From positions 1-64,000 of the forward strand of contig QPGO01000223.1 of assembly GCA_008632985.1 (NCBI GenBank): 64,000 bases of DNA, given 5' to 3'. Of the stretch, positions 63,270 to 64,000 are shown piece after piece. Below the pieces are notes generated by a model that was not told the DNA's origin, did not search any database, and saw nothing but the letters and a program-made list of their open reading frames with translations. A program made the translations under genes and the position numbers. The stretch is from Psammoneis japonica. Its lineage: Eukaryota. The stretch's first letter is position 1, and each line of letters begins with the position of its first letter.

Positions 63270-64000
63270 CGCCCCTGCATAGATTCATCACAATGCAAAA
63301 TCCATGCATGCCCATCCTCATTGACCAAGAATTCATCTGCCGGTTCTTTTAGAAAAAAAGCATGTCAAGCAAAAATGGATTTCTTTGCACTGGAAGGCAA
63401 GAGACATTGAATCTTTTTGCCTTTGGGTTTTGTCAGTGCTAGTGCCATTTTTGTTGCCATGGCTCCTGCCCTTTGCAAAAAGGAGCATTTTTGTTTTCTT
63501 GTGGTTTGAGCATCACCCTGCCTGATGAGATGATTGCAAAGTCATGCAACATGTTGTGAAGATGTGAGCTGCAGTGCTGCTGCATGGAGAGACACCAGCT
63601 TGCAACAAGCTTTAGTTGTTTTGGTTTTGTTGGTGCCACCCAGTGCCAAGAAAACACACACCTGCTGGTTGCACCAGGGTCAAGTTCTTCCATGAATTTG
63701 CTTCTCATCTTGTGACTTGAGATGATGCCTTGGGGCATTGTTTTGTGACACATGTGGCCCCCTGTTTAGCTCCAGCTGCAGAAGCTTTTTCTTGGGCATT
63801 TCTCAGTGTGCCAGACCTGTTGTGTCAGACCTTGAAGTCTGTCACCAAATGCTTGTCCTGAGCTGAGGTCATCAGGTCGTGCACATCATTTTTTTTGCAG
63901 CGGAGCTCTGCACTCAGCCTCTTCTTGGCAAGCAGTGGACTGGCTCATGACAGTGTTGCCTCTCAGGCACAACACTCGAACTCTAAAGACAGCACAGATG
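63270..64000. other. Start of another decayed repeat block (TpA- and CpG-depleted)
   Basis: Abrupt loss of TA and CG dinucleotides after ~63290; no recognisable domain. Confidence 0.45.

Overview
Eukaryotic genomic DNA, most likely a diatom or related stramenopile (GT-AG introns, CoDi-type copia elements, Ambal-type LINE). Three host-gene islands with normal composition lie at ~12.3-22.3 kb (coiled-coil protein, TPR protein, HMG-box ISWI remodeller), ~36.9-38.3 kb (PhyH-family dioxygenase) and ~60.4-63.2 kb (secreted berberine-bridge-like FAD oxidase). Between them are nested transposon blocks: the right ~12 kb of a probable large CACTA-like element with cargo genes, two copies of one gypsy family, two copia elements, a LINE and two MITEs. 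The most striking signal is a TpA->TpG / TpA->CpA hypermutation (A:T->G:C at TpA, on both strands) in nearly all transposon DNA and no host gene. It turns Tyr into Cys/His, destroys YxDD motifs and erases stop codons. It is the mirror image of fungal RIP and occurred after integration. A ~1.35 kb tract in one gypsy copy escaped it and serves as an internal control. This may be an undescribed repeat-directed genome-defence mutator. A base-calling artefact at modified bases must be excluded.
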